This document shows, piece by piece, positions 45,400 to 55,671 of a stretch of DNA of 64,000 bases. A program made the position numbers and the translations under genes. The stretch lies in the NCBI GenBank assembly GCA_965552055.1, contig CBEVQO010000005.1, positions 96,001 to 160,000 of the forward strand, given 5' to 3'. Position 1 is the stretch's first letter. Each line of letters starts with the position of its first letter. Below the pieces are notes generated by a model. The model was given only the letters and a program-made list of their open reading frames with translations. It did no database searches and was not told the origin of the DNA. The DNA is from an uncultured bacterium. Lineage in GTDB: Bacteria; Hydrothermota; UBA3073; NMUJ01; CBEVQO01.

Positions 45400-47936
45400 T
45401 TCTGAGCGCCATAATACTGTGGCATCAGTTAAATACACAAAATTATGTAGTTTTATATCCCGGGGATTATGAAAAAATAGCAATTCAGGTAGCAAAATAT
45501 CTGGAGACATACAGAATGAAAGTGAAAGAAATAACAGGCGTTAAAAATGAGAAGTTAATCTGTGTGATTGAAGATATGGGGCTTTTTTCTAATGGTTTTG
45601 CTTTACCTCCTTTAAATACAATTCATATTTTTACCGGTATTCCTTCTTCTGATCCTCATTTTGATGTAAGGTCGTGGTTTCGCATTGTTACCCTTCATGA
45701 GCAAACTCACTGTGCACATATGAGAAATTATACGGGTCTTTCTTTGATTTTTAGATTGCTTTTCGGTGAAATTATGTCGGGGAATATGTGGGTGCCTAAC
45801 TGGATTGTAGAAGGTGTGACAGTTTATACTGAATCGCAGATAGATAAATATGATGGTAGATTGAACACAGGATACTATAACGCATATTTACTCTGTTGTG
45901 CGGCACATAGAAAAATTCCGGGCTTAGCATCTATCGCAAATAATATAGCAAGATATCCGTATTATACTCAACATTATTTATTTGGCGGAGAATTTACACA
46001 ATATCTCGCAATAAAAGGACATTTGTCTTCGCTTTATAATGATTTGTCATTGTTTTTCTTTCCATGGATAAATATTGAGCTTTCCTTTTTTGTAAATTAT
46101 TTAAATTTTCCGTTTCTGCTTGCCGAAAGATGGAGAAAAACATTATATCGAAAAGCAAAATGGGTAAAAAATGGTAAAACCTTACTAAAAACAAATAGCG
46201 AGATAAAATTTTTGACTATATATGGTGATTATCTTTACTATGTGAAAAAAAGAGTAAATGCAAGTGCACCTCTGGAAATCGTAGAGGAAAGCGGTATTTA
46301 CAGGTTAAATCTGGAAAATAATATAGAAGAAAAGTTGATAAATGCGTTTGTAGAGATTCCTTTTAAAATAAAAGATGATAAAATTTATTATTGCGTTGAT
46401 AAAATGAAAAGAGGTTATAAAAATATAACTGCATGGGGATATGGAGTTTACAGAAAATTAATTTCATACGATTTACAATCGGGTGAAAAGAAAAAAATAT
46501 ATGAAGGAAATATAAGAAGTTATGAAGTTTTAAAATACGATAAAATTTTAATTTTTGAAGAAGATAGGTTATTACATACTTCGATTAAGTTGTTGGATAA
46601 TGGAAAGATTGAAACGATAGGAGAACTTGATGGAAAAATAATTCTTGAGAGTGTGCTTTTTGATAGTTTGATTTTTTGTGTTGTGCATGATGAAAAATGG
46701 GGTAAAGATTTGTATGCTTTAGATTTAAAAGATATGGAAATAAAAAGGATAACGAAGACGCCTTTTTCGGAAATGTGCATTTCCAGATATGGTGATCTAT
46801 TAATCTTTGTAGCAAATAAGGATAATTTTTATAAAATTTATGGATATGATGTTAAAAGGAAAAGATTTTACGAGTTGCTATCCGAAACATTTTCGGCTTA
46901 TCCTGTTGTATATAAAGATAAAATTTTTTATGTTACATTACATCCCGAAGGTGAAGAAATTTGTGTATCTTTATACACGAAAAAAGATATAGATTATCCT
47001 GAATTTTCTGAAGAATATGGTATTCATCCAGAAGAATTTGCGGTTAAAAAGAGTTCCTGTTATGCAAATGAATTGAGATTTCTTTTGCCCGTATTCTATG
47101 TCTTGTTTCCGCCTTATGTGTTTTGTATTATAAGTGCTGATGCTTTCATGCAAAAAGCGTTGGGAGTATTTTACACCAGATACGAAGAAAATACTTATAT
47201 AAACAGCATTGGATATTGCATAATTAAGCCATTTATTGTGTTTGGAAATATAGAAAGGTATAATTTTGATTCGCAAAAGGAATTTGAGAGCTACGGGGCA
47301 GGTGTAAATTTAATCGCCAGATACAATATGGGATACGGAGAAAATTTGAGAATATATGGAATTAGAGTGCAATATGAGAAAGATACCCTTGATAAGGTAA
47401 AAATTGAAAAAGATGTTTTTGTGTTTTCAAATTTAAAAGGTTTTAACAATTACAAAAATTTAATGTTCGGAGTGTATCAGGTTGATGGTGATATTAAGGT
47501 GTATTTTGATTATTTACATGAGGAATATATAAGGTTTTTAAAGGCAGAGTATGGGGTGGGTATGGGATACTGGGGAAGTGGGTGGAGCTGTGAATATCTT
47601 TTGCATTTGATAATGCCCGTTTTAAAGCCAAGGTTGAATCTATATCCTCTTTTCTTTGATACTTTTTACATGGGAATATTTTTGGAAGGCAAGTTTAATC
47701 ATAAGATGAGAAATACCTGGAATACCGGTTTGAAATTTATCGCAGAAACTGGCACGAGTTATGGGTTTATAAAATTAACACCCTATTTAAAAATTTTTTG
47801 GGATGAAAATTTAAAATTTGATTATGAGATAGGAGTTGAAAATGTTACGATGTCTTTGTTAAAAGGTAAAATAAATTTATCCAGATTAAAATATTACAGG
47901 TTGTTTTATCTTGACAAAATAGGAAAAGGATTATAA
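45396..47936 (+). CDS. Hypothetical exported protein: gluzincin-like domain, propeller-like middle region, possible C-terminal barrel
   Basis: LHEQTH...PNWIVEG motif. Confidence 0.5.
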   Translation: MILSAIILWHQLNTQNYVVLYPGDYEKIAIQVAKYLETYRMKVKEITGVKNEKLICVIEDMGLFSNGFALPPLNTIHIFTGIPSSDPHFDVRSWFRIVTLHEQTHCAHMRNYTGLSLIFRLLFGEIMSGNMWVPNWIVEGVTVYTESQIDKYDGRLNTGYYNAYLLCCAAHRKIPGLASIANNIARYPYYTQHYLFGGEFTQYLAIKGHLSSLYNDLSLFFFPWINIELSFFVNYLNFPFLLAERWRKTLYRKAKWVKNGKTLLKTNSEIKFLTIYGDYLYYVKKRVNASAPLEIVEESGIYRLNLENNIEEKLINAFVEIPFKIKDDKIYYCVDKMKRGYKNITAWGYGVYRKLISYDLQSGEKKKIYEGNIRSYEVLKYDKILIFEEDRLLHTSIKLLDNGKIETIGELDGKIILESVLFDSLIFCVVHDEKWGKDLYALDLKDMEIKRITKTPFSEMCISRYGDLLIFVANKDNFYKIYGYDVKRKRFYELLSETFSAYPVVYKDKIFYVTLHPEGEEICVSLYTKKDIDYPEFSEEYGIHPEEFAVKKSSCYANELRFLLPVFYVLFPPYVFCIISADAFMQKALGVFYTRYEENTYINSIGYCIIKPFIVFGNIERYNFDSQKEFESYGAGVNLIARYNMGYGENLRIYGIRVQYEKDTLDKVKIEKDVFVFSNLKGFNNYKNLMFGVYQVDGDIKVYFDYLHEEYIRFLKAEYGVGMGYWGSGWSCEYLLHLIMPVLKPRLNLYPLFFDTFYMGIFLEGKFNHKMRNTWNTGLKFIAETGTSYGFIKLTPYLKIFWDENLKFDYEIGVENVTMSLLKGKINLSRLKYYRLFYLDKIGKGL

Positions 47937-47937
47937 T
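47911..47937 (+). promoter_or_regulatory. Promoter of hdr cluster, TTGACA-N15-TATAAT, leaderless
   Basis: TTGACA 47911-47916, TATAAT 47932-47937, ATG 47945. Confidence 0.75.
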
Positions 47938-47944
47938 TTGTGCT

Positions 47945-50900
47945 ATGGGTAAAGGTAGTGTGCTTGTGGTGGGTGGAGGCATAGCGGGTGTGCAATCGGC
48001 TCTTGACCTTGCGGAATCGGGCTATAAAGTTTACCTGCTTGATAAAAAGCCATCAATCGGTGGTACGATGGCGCAACTTGATAAGACATTTCCAACAAAT
48101 GATTGTGCAATGTGCATCCTTGCACCGAAGCTCGTATCAGCAGGAAGACATAAAAATATAGAATTGTTAACTTATTGTGAAATCGAAGAAATAAAAGGAA
48201 AACAGGGTGATTTTAATGTGAAAATCAGGAAAAAGAGTAGATTTATTGATTTATCGAAATGTACAGGGTGTGCTGAATGTGAAAGGGTATGTCCTATAGA
48301 GCGTGTATCTGAATTTGATGAAGGTTTATCCTGCAGGAAGGCGATTTATAGATTGTTTCCGCAAGCAGTTCCAAATGCTTTTACCATTGAGAAAGAAGGG
48401 ATATCAGCGTGTAAAAGTGCCTGTCCTGCGGGTGTAAATGTTCATGGCTATGTTGCGCTTATATCGCAGGGCAAATTTAAAGAAGCGATACAGCTGATAA
48501 GGGAAAGATTGCCTTTTCCCGGGGTGTGCGGTAGAGTGTGTCCACATCCCTGTGAATCGGAGTGCAAAAGAAAAGATGTAGATGAGCCTATAGCGATTGC
48601 CGGTTTAAAACGCTTTGTAGCAGATTGGGAAAGAAAGAATCCGGTAGAAGAAGAATTTGAGAAAAAGAAAAGGGATAAAAGGATAGCAGTAATTGGTGCA
48701 GGACCGGCAGGTTTAACCTGTGCTTATTTCCTTGCAAAAGAAGGATTTGATGTTACTGTTTTTGAAAAAGAAGAAAAACCAGGTGGATTGATGAGATATG
48801 GAATTCCTGATTTTAGATTACCGAAAGATGTCCTTGATTATGAAATCGAGAGAATTAAGAAAGCAGGTGTTGAAATAAAATGTGGAGTAGAGGTAGGTAA
48901 GGATATAGAATTTTCTCAAATTTTGAAAGAGTATGATGCTGTATTTGTTGCGATAGGTGCCACAAAAGAGCAGAAACTCGGTATAAAGGGTGAAGATTTA
49001 GAAGGAGTAATATACTGTTTGTCTTTTCTTAAAGATGTTAATTCTGGGAAAGAAGTAAAAATTGGTAAGAAAGTAGCAGTAATAGGTGGTGGTAATTCTG
49101 CGATAGATGCTGCGCGTACTGCTTGGCGACTTGGTGCTGATGTAACGCTCTTTTATCGTCGTAGCAGAGCAGAAATGCCAGCTAATCCATGGGAAGTTGA
49201 GGAAGCAGAGGAAGAAGGCATAAAGTTTGAGTTTTTAACCGCACCTGTTGAGATATTGGGAGAACAGGGTAAAGTAAAGAAGTTAAAATTAATAAGGATG
49301 AAACTCGGAGAGCCCGATGAATCCGGTAGAAGAAGACCTGTACCCATTCCGGGGAGCGAATTTGAGATAGAAGTGGATACTGTAATTCCTGCGATAGGTC
49401 AGAAGGTATCCCTTGATTTTCTGAGAGAAGAAGATTTAAAAAATCCAAAAGTTTTTACAGGCGGTGATTTTGTTACGGGACCTGCCACGGTGATAGAGGC
49501 TGTAGCTGCAGGTGTAGAAGCTGCAGAAGCTATAAAAAATTTCCTTGAAGGTAAAATTTTGGAAAGGAAAAAAGAAAAAGAAGAGAAAATAGCAGAACCC
49601 AAGATTCCCGAAGATATTCAAAGGATGAAGAGAAAAGAAATGAGAAAATTACCTGTGGAACAGAGAAGGAATTTCAAAGAAGTTGAACTTGGTTTTACAG
49701 AGGAAGAAGCAATAGAAGAGGCTAAAAGATGTTTATCTTGTGCTATATGTTCAGAGTGTAAGGAATGCGTAAAAGTATGCGAAGCAGAGGCAATCGATCA
49801 CTTTATGGAAGATGAAATTATAGAATTAAAAGTAGGAGCCATAATTTTCACGCATGGAGCAGATAGATTTGATGCAAAATTAAGGTCTGAATATGGATTT
49901 GGCAGGTATAAGAATGTAATTACAAGCATACAATTTGAAAGATTATTAGCACCAACGGGACCCACACAGGGACAAATTTTAAGACCTTCTGATAATTGTC
50001 ATCCACGAAAAATTGCATTCATACAATGTGTTGGCTCAAGGGATAAGCAAAAAGGAGCTCCTTATTGTTCCGCTGTATGCTGTATGTATGCGATAAAGGA
50101 GGCGATAATAGCACTCGAACATCAGAAAGACCTTGATATTACGATTTTTTACATGGATATAAGAGCATACGGTAAAGGATTTGAAAGATACTACTTAGAA
50201 GCAAAAGAAAAAGGAATAAAATTTGTAAAATGTAGGGTGGCAAGAATAGAAGAAGTCGAAAATAATGACCTGGTTATAATTTATGAGGATGAAGAAGGCA
50301 ATTTAAAATCAGAAAAATTTAACATGGTGATATTATCTGTGGGTTTAAGACCTTCAGAGGAACTAAAAGAATTTGCTGAAAAATTTGATATAAAATTAAA
50401 TGAATATGGATTTTTTGCTGTGGAAGAATTTGACCCCGTTAAGGTAGCAGAAGGCATTTATACTGCGGGTATCGCGCAGTCACCCAAAGACATACCTGAG
50501 ACCGTTGCAGAAGCATCTTCGGCTGCATCGGAAGTTCATGAAATTTTAAAACATGAAAGATGGAAAGAAACAGAAAAAATCGAATATCCACCAGAAAGAG
50601 ATGTAAGTAAAGAACCTGTGAGAATAGGAGTATTTGTATGTCATTGTGGCATAAATATTGCAGGATATCTCGATGTTAAGGAAGTAGTAGAATATGCAAA
50701 GACTTTAAAGGATGTGGTTTATGTAGAGGACAATTTATATACTTGTTCACAGGATACTCAGCAAAAGATAATCCAAAAGATAAAAGAATACAATTTGAAC
50801 AGGATTGTTGTGGCGGCGTGTACTCCTCGCACCCATGAGCCACTTTTCCGTGAGACATTGCGACAGGCAGGCTTAAATCCTTATCTATTTGAAATGGCAA

Positions 50901-52297
50901 ATATTAGAGACCAATGCTCATGGATACACATGGAAGACCGAAAAAGTGCAACAGAAAAGGCAAAAGACTTGGTAAAAATGGCGGTGGAAAAAGTTCGCTT
51001 AGCAGAACCTCTGAAAGAAATAGAAGTAGAAGTTAATCCTTCTGCACTTGTGATAGGAGGAGGGCTTGCAGGCATGACATCGGCGTTATCTATTGCTGAG
51101 GCAGGATTTCAAGTTTATCTTGTAGAAAAAGAAAAAGAGTTGGGAGGAAATTTGCGACATATTTACTATTCACTTGAAGGAAAAGATGTGCAGAAATTTT
51201 TAAAAGAATTAATCCAAAAAGTGGAAAATCATCCAAAAATAAAAGTTTATAAAAATGCGAGATTGAAAGATTTTACAGGGTTTATTGGAAATTATGAATC
51301 AGAGATTGAATATGATGGCAAAGTTGAAAGGTTAAAGCATGGAGTGGTGATAGTAGCGATTGGTGCAAAAGATTATAAGCCAAAGGAATATTTATATGGA
51401 GAAGACGAAAGGATATTGACTCAAAAAGAATTTGAAGAAATGTTGGCGAAATCTCCCGAGAAAATTAAAACTGCGAAAGTTATTTGCGTTATACAATGTG
51501 TGGGCTCAAGGGATGAGAATCATAAATATTGTTCGAGGATTTGTTGTAGTGTTGCTATGAAAAATCTTAGAAAAGCATTCGAAATAAATCCAGAATTGCA
51601 GGCGTTTGTATTGTATAAAGATATAAGAACATATAGTTTTTATGAAAAATTGTATGATGAGGTGCGGGAAAAAGGGGCAATATTCATAAAATATGAAGAT
51701 GAAAGAAAACCCGAAGTTTTTAAAGAGGAAGGTGTTTTAAAAGTGAAATGCTTCGATTATATACTGGGAGATTATTTATTGATAGAGCCGGACTATCTTG
51801 TTTTATCTACAGGGATTGAGTGCAATGAAGATGTGTATTCTTTATCGAAGATGTTAAAAGTGCCTGTGGATGGTGATGGCTTTTTACTTGAGGCACATGT
51901 GAAACTTCGACCAGTTGACTTTGCTACAGATGGTATTTTCCTTTGTGGATTATGTCATTCACCCAAGAATATTAAAGAGACGATTTGTCAGGCGAAAGCA
52001 GCAGCTGGCAGAGCATTGACTATTTTGACGAAAACAAAATATACTACAGAGCCACAGATAGCCAGGGTAAATGAAGAAATTTGTTCAGGTTGTGGAATAT
52101 GTGTATCGATTTGTCCTTTTGATGCGATAAAACTTATAGAGAAGGAAGAAGATGGCAAAACGATAAGGGTTGCTAAAGTCGAGGATGTATTATGTAAAGG
52201 CTGTGGCACATGTGCGGGTGCCTGTCCTTCGGGTGCATTAGAACAGTCTGGTTTCACAACAGAGCAATTGCTCTGTCAGGTAAATGGGGCGCTCTGA
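47945..52297 (+). CDS. hdrA: Large HdrA-like flavoprotein (HdrL type): HdrA with an inserted GltD/NfnB-like NAD(P)H domain and a second HdrA module
   Basis: GGGIAG...LDKTFPTNDCAMC; insert CKSACPAG...GAGPAG...GGGNSAID; two IQCVGSRD...YCS..CC motifs; GVFVCHCG; terminal ferredoxin domain. Confidence 0.9.
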   Translation: MGKGSVLVVGGGIAGVQSALDLAESGYKVYLLDKKPSIGGTMAQLDKTFPTNDCAMCILAPKLVSAGRHKNIELLTYCEIEEIKGKQGDFNVKIRKKSRFIDLSKCTGCAECERVCPIERVSEFDEGLSCRKAIYRLFPQAVPNAFTIEKEGISACKSACPAGVNVHGYVALISQGKFKEAIQLIRERLPFPGVCGRVCPHPCESECKRKDVDEPIAIAGLKRFVADWERKNPVEEEFEKKKRDKRIAVIGAGPAGLTCAYFLAKEGFDVTVFEKEEKPGGLMRYGIPDFRLPKDVLDYEIERIKKAGVEIKCGVEVGKDIEFSQILKEYDAVFVAIGATKEQKLGIKGEDLEGVIYCLSFLKDVNSGKEVKIGKKVAVIGGGNSAIDAARTAWRLGADVTLFYRRSRAEMPANPWEVEEAEEEGIKFEFLTAPVEILGEQGKVKKLKLIRMKLGEPDESGRRRPVPIPGSEFEIEVDTVIPAIGQKVSLDFLREEDLKNPKVFTGGDFVTGPATVIEAVAAGVEAAEAIKNFLEGKILERKKEKEEKIAEPKIPEDIQRMKRKEMRKLPVEQRRNFKEVELGFTEEEAIEEAKRCLSCAICSECKECVKVCEAEAIDHFMEDEIIELKVGAIIFTHGADRFDAKLRSEYGFGRYKNVITSIQFERLLAPTGPTQGQILRPSDNCHPRKIAFIQCVGSRDKQKGAPYCSAVCCMYAIKEAIIALEHQKDLDITIFYMDIRAYGKGFERYYLEAKEKGIKFVKCRVARIEEVENNDLVIIYEDEEGNLKSEKFNMVILSVGLRPSEELKEFAEKFDIKLNEYGFFAVEEFDPVKVAEGIYTAGIAQSPKDIPETVAEASSAASEVHEILKHERWKETEKIEYPPERDVSKEPVRIGVFVCHCGINIAGYLDVKEVVEYAKTLKDVVYVEDNLYTCSQDTQQKIIQKIKEYNLNRIVVAACTPRTHEPLFRETLRQAGLNPYLFEMANIRDQCSWIHMEDRKSATEKAKDLVKMAVEKVRLAEPLKEIEVEVNPSALVIGGGLAGMTSALSIAEAGFQVYLVEKEKELGGNLRHIYYSLEGKDVQKFLKELIQKVENHPKIKVYKNARLKDFTGFIGNYESEIEYDGKVERLKHGVVIVAIGAKDYKPKEYLYGEDERILTQKEFEEMLAKSPEKIKTAKVICVIQCVGSRDENHKYCSRICCSVAMKNLRKAFEINPELQAFVLYKDIRTYSFYEKLYDEVREKGAIFIKYEDERKPEVFKEEGVLKVKCFDYILGDYLLIEPDYLVLSTGIECNEDVYSLSKMLKVPVDGDGFLLEAHVKLRPVDFATDGIFLCGLCHSPKNIKETICQAKAAAGRALTILTKTKYTTEPQIARVNEEICSGCGICVSICPFDAIKLIEKEEDGKTIRVAKVEDVLCKGCGTCAGACPSGALEQSGFTTEQLLCQVNGAL

Positions 52298-52676
52298 TAG
52301 GTTAAAAATAATTGTGTTTTGTTGTAACTGGTGCTCTTATGCGGGTGCGGACTTAGCGGGTGTATCCCGTCTTCAAATGCCATCGGACTTTAGAATAATA
52401 AGAACTATGTGCTCCGGAAGAGTTGACCCCGAAGTAATACTCTGGGCGTTTAAACAGGGTGCAGATGGCGTTATGATAACAGGATGCCACCCGGGTGATT
52501 GCCATTATCTTACAGGTAATTACAAAACATTAAAAAGAGTAAAGCTATTGAAGAAAGTACTCGAACAATTTGGTATAAATCCAGAGAGATTGGAATTGCA
52601 ATGGATTTCTGCTTCCGAAGGACAAAAATTTAAGGAAGTTATAGAGAAATTTGTAGAAAAGATAAAGAAGTTATGA
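52284..52676 (+). CDS. mvhD: MvhD/FlpD 2Fe-2S subunit
   Basis: FCCNWCSYAGAD, CSGRVDP, GCHPGDCHY and WISASEG motifs. Confidence 0.93.
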   Translation: MGRSDRLKIIVFCCNWCSYAGADLAGVSRLQMPSDFRIIRTMCSGRVDPEVILWAFKQGADGVMITGCHPGDCHYLTGNYKTLKRVKLLKKVLEQFGINPERLELQWISASEGQKFKEVIEKFVEKIKKL

Positions 52677-53125
52677 AGCTGTTTGTAGGAATAGGTAATG
52701 AAATAATGGGAGATGACCAGATTGGCATTGCTGTTACCAGAAAATTGTATGAAAGATTTAAAGATAAAAAGGGAGTTTGCTTTATCACAGGTAGCTTTAA
52801 CGGTATGAAGTTGTTTGATGTCATAAAGGATGCAGATGAGGTTGTGATAATCGACAGTATCGTTGGAGAAGAAGAAGGCAAATTACATAAGCTCGATATA
52901 GACGAAGTTGATAGAATAAAGACGATTCATCCACATTCGCTCGGTATAGCGTTGCCTGTGAAATTATCACAAAAATATTTTGGAAAACCTGTATCCGTAA
53001 AAATATATGCTATTGAAGTGAAGGAGGAGAACCTAAAGTTTTCTGAAAATATTTCGTTTTATCTTAAGGCAAAAATAGAAAAAATTGCAGATATTATTGC
53101 AAAGAACGAATTATCAAATGATTGA
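52673..53125 (+). CDS. Hydrogenase maturation protease (HybD/HyaD family)
   Basis: GIGNEIMGDDQIG, IIDS and HPH motifs. Confidence 0.85.
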   Translation: MKLFVGIGNEIMGDDQIGIAVTRKLYERFKDKKGVCFITGSFNGMKLFDVIKDADEVVIIDSIVGEEEGKLHKLDIDEVDRIKTIHPHSLGIALPVKLSQKYFGKPVSVKIYAIEVKEENLKFSENISFYLKAKIEKIADIIAKNELSND

Positions 53126-53582
53126 GGTCAGGAAGAAAGATTTGAATTTTAAATTTGAAGTTTTAAGGGAAAAAGGAGGTGATGCTCTCTTACGCTGTTT
53201 TGCCTGTGGTACATGCACCGTTAGCTGTCCTGTTCGCGCCGTTGACGAACGCTATAATCCACGAAAAATAATAAGGATGACAATTCTTGGAATGAAAGAA
53301 GAAGTTTTGAAAAATGAATTCATATGGCTTTGTGCGGGTTGTTATTCATGTTATGAAAGATGTCCGCAAGATGTAAGATTAACCGATATAATGACAGCAC
53401 TTAGAAATATCGCAGTAAGAGAAGGATATATTCCTGAAGGAGTAAAATTGCAAATTGAAAATTTAAAGAAATTTGGAAGACTTTATGAAATTGACGATTT
53501 TATAGCGAGAAAAAGGGAAAAAGCGAATTTGCCACAAGTTGAAAGAGAAATTGTGGATATTAAGAAAATATTAGAAAGATGA
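53118..53582 (+). CDS. hdrC: Heterodisulfide reductase subunit C
   Basis: CFACGTCTVSCP and IWLCAGCYSCYERCPQ motifs. Confidence 0.92.
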   Translation: MIEVRKKDLNFKFEVLREKGGDALLRCFACGTCTVSCPVRAVDERYNPRKIIRMTILGMKEEVLKNEFIWLCAGCYSCYERCPQDVRLTDIMTALRNIAVREGYIPEGVKLQIENLKKFGRLYEIDDFIARKREKANLPQVEREIVDIKKILER

Positions 53583-54454
53583 AAGGAGCTTTATTTCTTG
53601 GTTGTACGATACCTGTAAGAGCTCAGCATTATGAAGTATCTGCGAGAGAAGTAGCAAAGCATTTAGGGATAGAGCTCATTGATATACCTCACTTTGGTTG
53701 TTGCGGCTTTCCTGTGAAGTCGGTTGATCATAAAAAATATTTGATTATGGCTGCAAGAAATCTTGCACTTGCCGAAAAAGAAGGTCTTGATATATGGGCA
53801 CTTTGTTCCGCATGCTATGGTTCATTATCAGAAGCAAACCATTTGCTCAAAGAAAATGAAGAAATGAAAAAAGAAGTGAATCAAGTTTTAAAAGAGTTTG
53901 GCTTAAAATACGAAGGAAAAGTTGAAGTTAAACATTTTATAAGAGTACTTTACGAGGATTACGGGCTTTCGAATTTGCGTTTGAAAGTGAGAAAAAGTTT
54001 AGAAGGATTAAATTTTGCACCACATTATGGCTGTCATTACCTGAGACCTTCAAAAATTCATAAAACAGGGGAAGATGTTGAATTTCCGAAATCTCTTGAT
54101 GAACTTATCGAGATAACAGGTGCTAAATCTCTTTCTTATTATAACAAGTTAAACTGTTGCGGGGGAGCGGTGCTTGCAATTGATGAGGAACTTGCTTTGA
54201 GAATAGCAAATGAAAAGCTAAAAGAAGTTGCAAAATCAGGAGCAGATGCGATTATTCTGATATGTCCTTTTTGTGATATCATGTATGAACAAAATCAGAG
54301 AAGGATAAATTCAAAATTGGGTGAGAATTACAAAATACCTGTTTTGTTTTACACACAGATACTTGGGTTAGCACTTGGGATACCTGTAGAAAAACTTGGT
54401 TTTGAATTTAACAGAATAAAGCCAAAAGATATTTTATCTTTTTTGGGAAAATAA
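53579..54454 (+). CDS. hdrB: Heterodisulfide reductase subunit B
   Basis: Two CCG domains (GC...CCG...CSAC; HYGCH...CCG...CPFC). Confidence 0.92.
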   Translation: MKGALFLGCTIPVRAQHYEVSAREVAKHLGIELIDIPHFGCCGFPVKSVDHKKYLIMAARNLALAEKEGLDIWALCSACYGSLSEANHLLKENEEMKKEVNQVLKEFGLKYEGKVEVKHFIRVLYEDYGLSNLRLKVRKSLEGLNFAPHYGCHYLRPSKIHKTGEDVEFPKSLDELIEITGAKSLSYYNKLNCCGGAVLAIDEELALRIANEKLKEVAKSGADAIILICPFCDIMYEQNQRRINSKLGENYKIPVLFYTQILGLALGIPVEKLGFEFNRIKPKDILSFLGK

Positions 54455-54458
54455 TCTT

Positions 54459-54920
54459 TCATAGTCCAAGGATTATTTCGATTAATTTGCGTGAGATTTC
54501 TTTTCCAAGAAGCTGTATTCCTCGCTCCTCTGTTTCAGTAGAAGGATACTTAATCCAGATGATAAAATCTTTATTCAGTATTTCTCTCTGTTTGCTATCC
54601 ACTAAGATTATTTTTATTTTGCATGTTAATTTGTATTCTTTTATATTTCCCTGCTCATCGTATGTGAAAGGTATTCTTTCGTAATTTAGGATTTCTCCTT
54701 CAATTATTATCTGTGCATTTTTGCGTGAAGTAAGAGTGAAGCGTGGGTCAGATGAAAAAGCAGAAGAAATGGTGTTGTAAAAAACATCTTCAAGACCCGA
54801 TTTTACCGTCATATTTTTGAAAACAGTCAAAGTAACTTTGCTGTATTTTACTTTCTCAAAACCTGTAAAAGAATAAACACATCCGCCAAAAATTAAAAAT
54901 GTAAAATAAATTAAACGCAT
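54459..54920 (-). CDS. lptE: LptE-family lipoprotein
   Basis: Lipobox FGGC followed by YSF; EGEI..Y motif. Confidence 0.7.
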   Translation of the reverse strand: MRLIYFTFLIFGGCVYSFTGFEKVKYSKVTLTVFKNMTVKSGLEDVFYNTISSAFSSDPRFTLTSRKNAQIIIEGEILNYERIPFTYDEQGNIKEYKLTCKIKIILVDSKQREILNKDFIIWIKYPSTETEERGIQLLGKEISRKLIEIILGL

Positions 54921-55606
54921 TTCTTCATTTTAACGGCTAAATGAGTGCCATAGAAAGAATTGCCAAAAATAGCGGATAAATAAAAAAGAGGAAAAAATAA
55001 ACGCAAAAGGAAATTTCCAAGTAATTTATATCTAAAAAATTGAAAATCATAACCAAGTGCACAAATTCTGTTTATAAAATATTTTACTTTTATGATTTTG
55101 AAATCCTTAAAAATAGAATAAATTTCAGAGATGCAAAAACCTTTTTTCTTATGACCGAAATTTTTCAGGATTTTTTCTTCTTTTAAGCAAAAGTTTTTTA
55201 AAAAATTATAAAAAGGTAATCGCCAGTATTTTGAAGGGCAAATTATCAAAAGAAAGCCATCTTTTTTGAGTACTCTCTTTATCTCGGATGCAACTTTTTG
55301 GATATCATCAACATGTTCAAGAATAGCCGAAGCAATTACCTGCTGAAATACATTATCTTTGAAAGGCAGATTTTTAACATCACCCCTTACATAATGAAAA
55401 TTTTGTGGCTTAAAATGAATTTTTGGAACTAAATCTATTCCTATTTTCTTACAACTGATAAATTTCGAAGCAGTTGCCCATTCACCACAACCAAGGTCAA
55501 GAGTGAATAAGTTTTTCTCAATTAATTTTTTCAATATAAATTTATGTTCCCAATAGGAAGTCCATGGTAGGTTGTGCCACAAATATTTTAAAAAGCGCTT
55601 CATCAT
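54911..55606 (-). CDS. Class I SAM-dependent methyltransferase
   Basis: LDLGCG, LPFKDN.F and LEHV...EIKRVLKKDG motifs. Confidence 0.85.
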   Translation of the reverse strand: MMKRFLKYLWHNLPWTSYWEHKFILKKLIEKNLFTLDLGCGEWATASKFISCKKIGIDLVPKIHFKPQNFHYVRGDVKNLPFKDNVFQQVIASAILEHVDDIQKVASEIKRVLKKDGFLLIICPSKYWRLPFYNFLKNFCLKEEKILKNFGHKKKGFCISEIYSIFKDFKIIKVKYFINRICALGYDFQFFRYKLLGNFLLRLFFPLFYLSAIFGNSFYGTHLAVKMKKCV

Positions 55607-55608
55607 AA

Positions 55609-55664
55609 ATTAAAATTGAAATACTAAAATGTCAAGCTTGACATTTACAAAATTTATTTATAAT
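55609..55664. promoter_or_regulatory. Divergent N15 promoters sharing the palindrome AATGTCAAGCTTGACATT
   Basis: Minus: TTGACA (55635-55630)-N15-TTTAAT. Plus: TTGACA (55638-55643)-N15-TATAAT. Both leaderless. Confidence 0.72.
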
Positions 55665-55671
55665 TTTTGAA

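Noticed and set aside
52284..52297. TGA ending hdrA as selenocysteine
   Set aside because: It follows a complete terminal ferredoxin domain and overlaps mvhD; Cys ligands in HdrA and MvhD are ordinary Cys codons.
52673..53125. Maturation protease as another ATGA-targeted insert
   Set aside because: Only the trivial ATGA is shared at both ends, and the gene is functionally plausible in this cluster.
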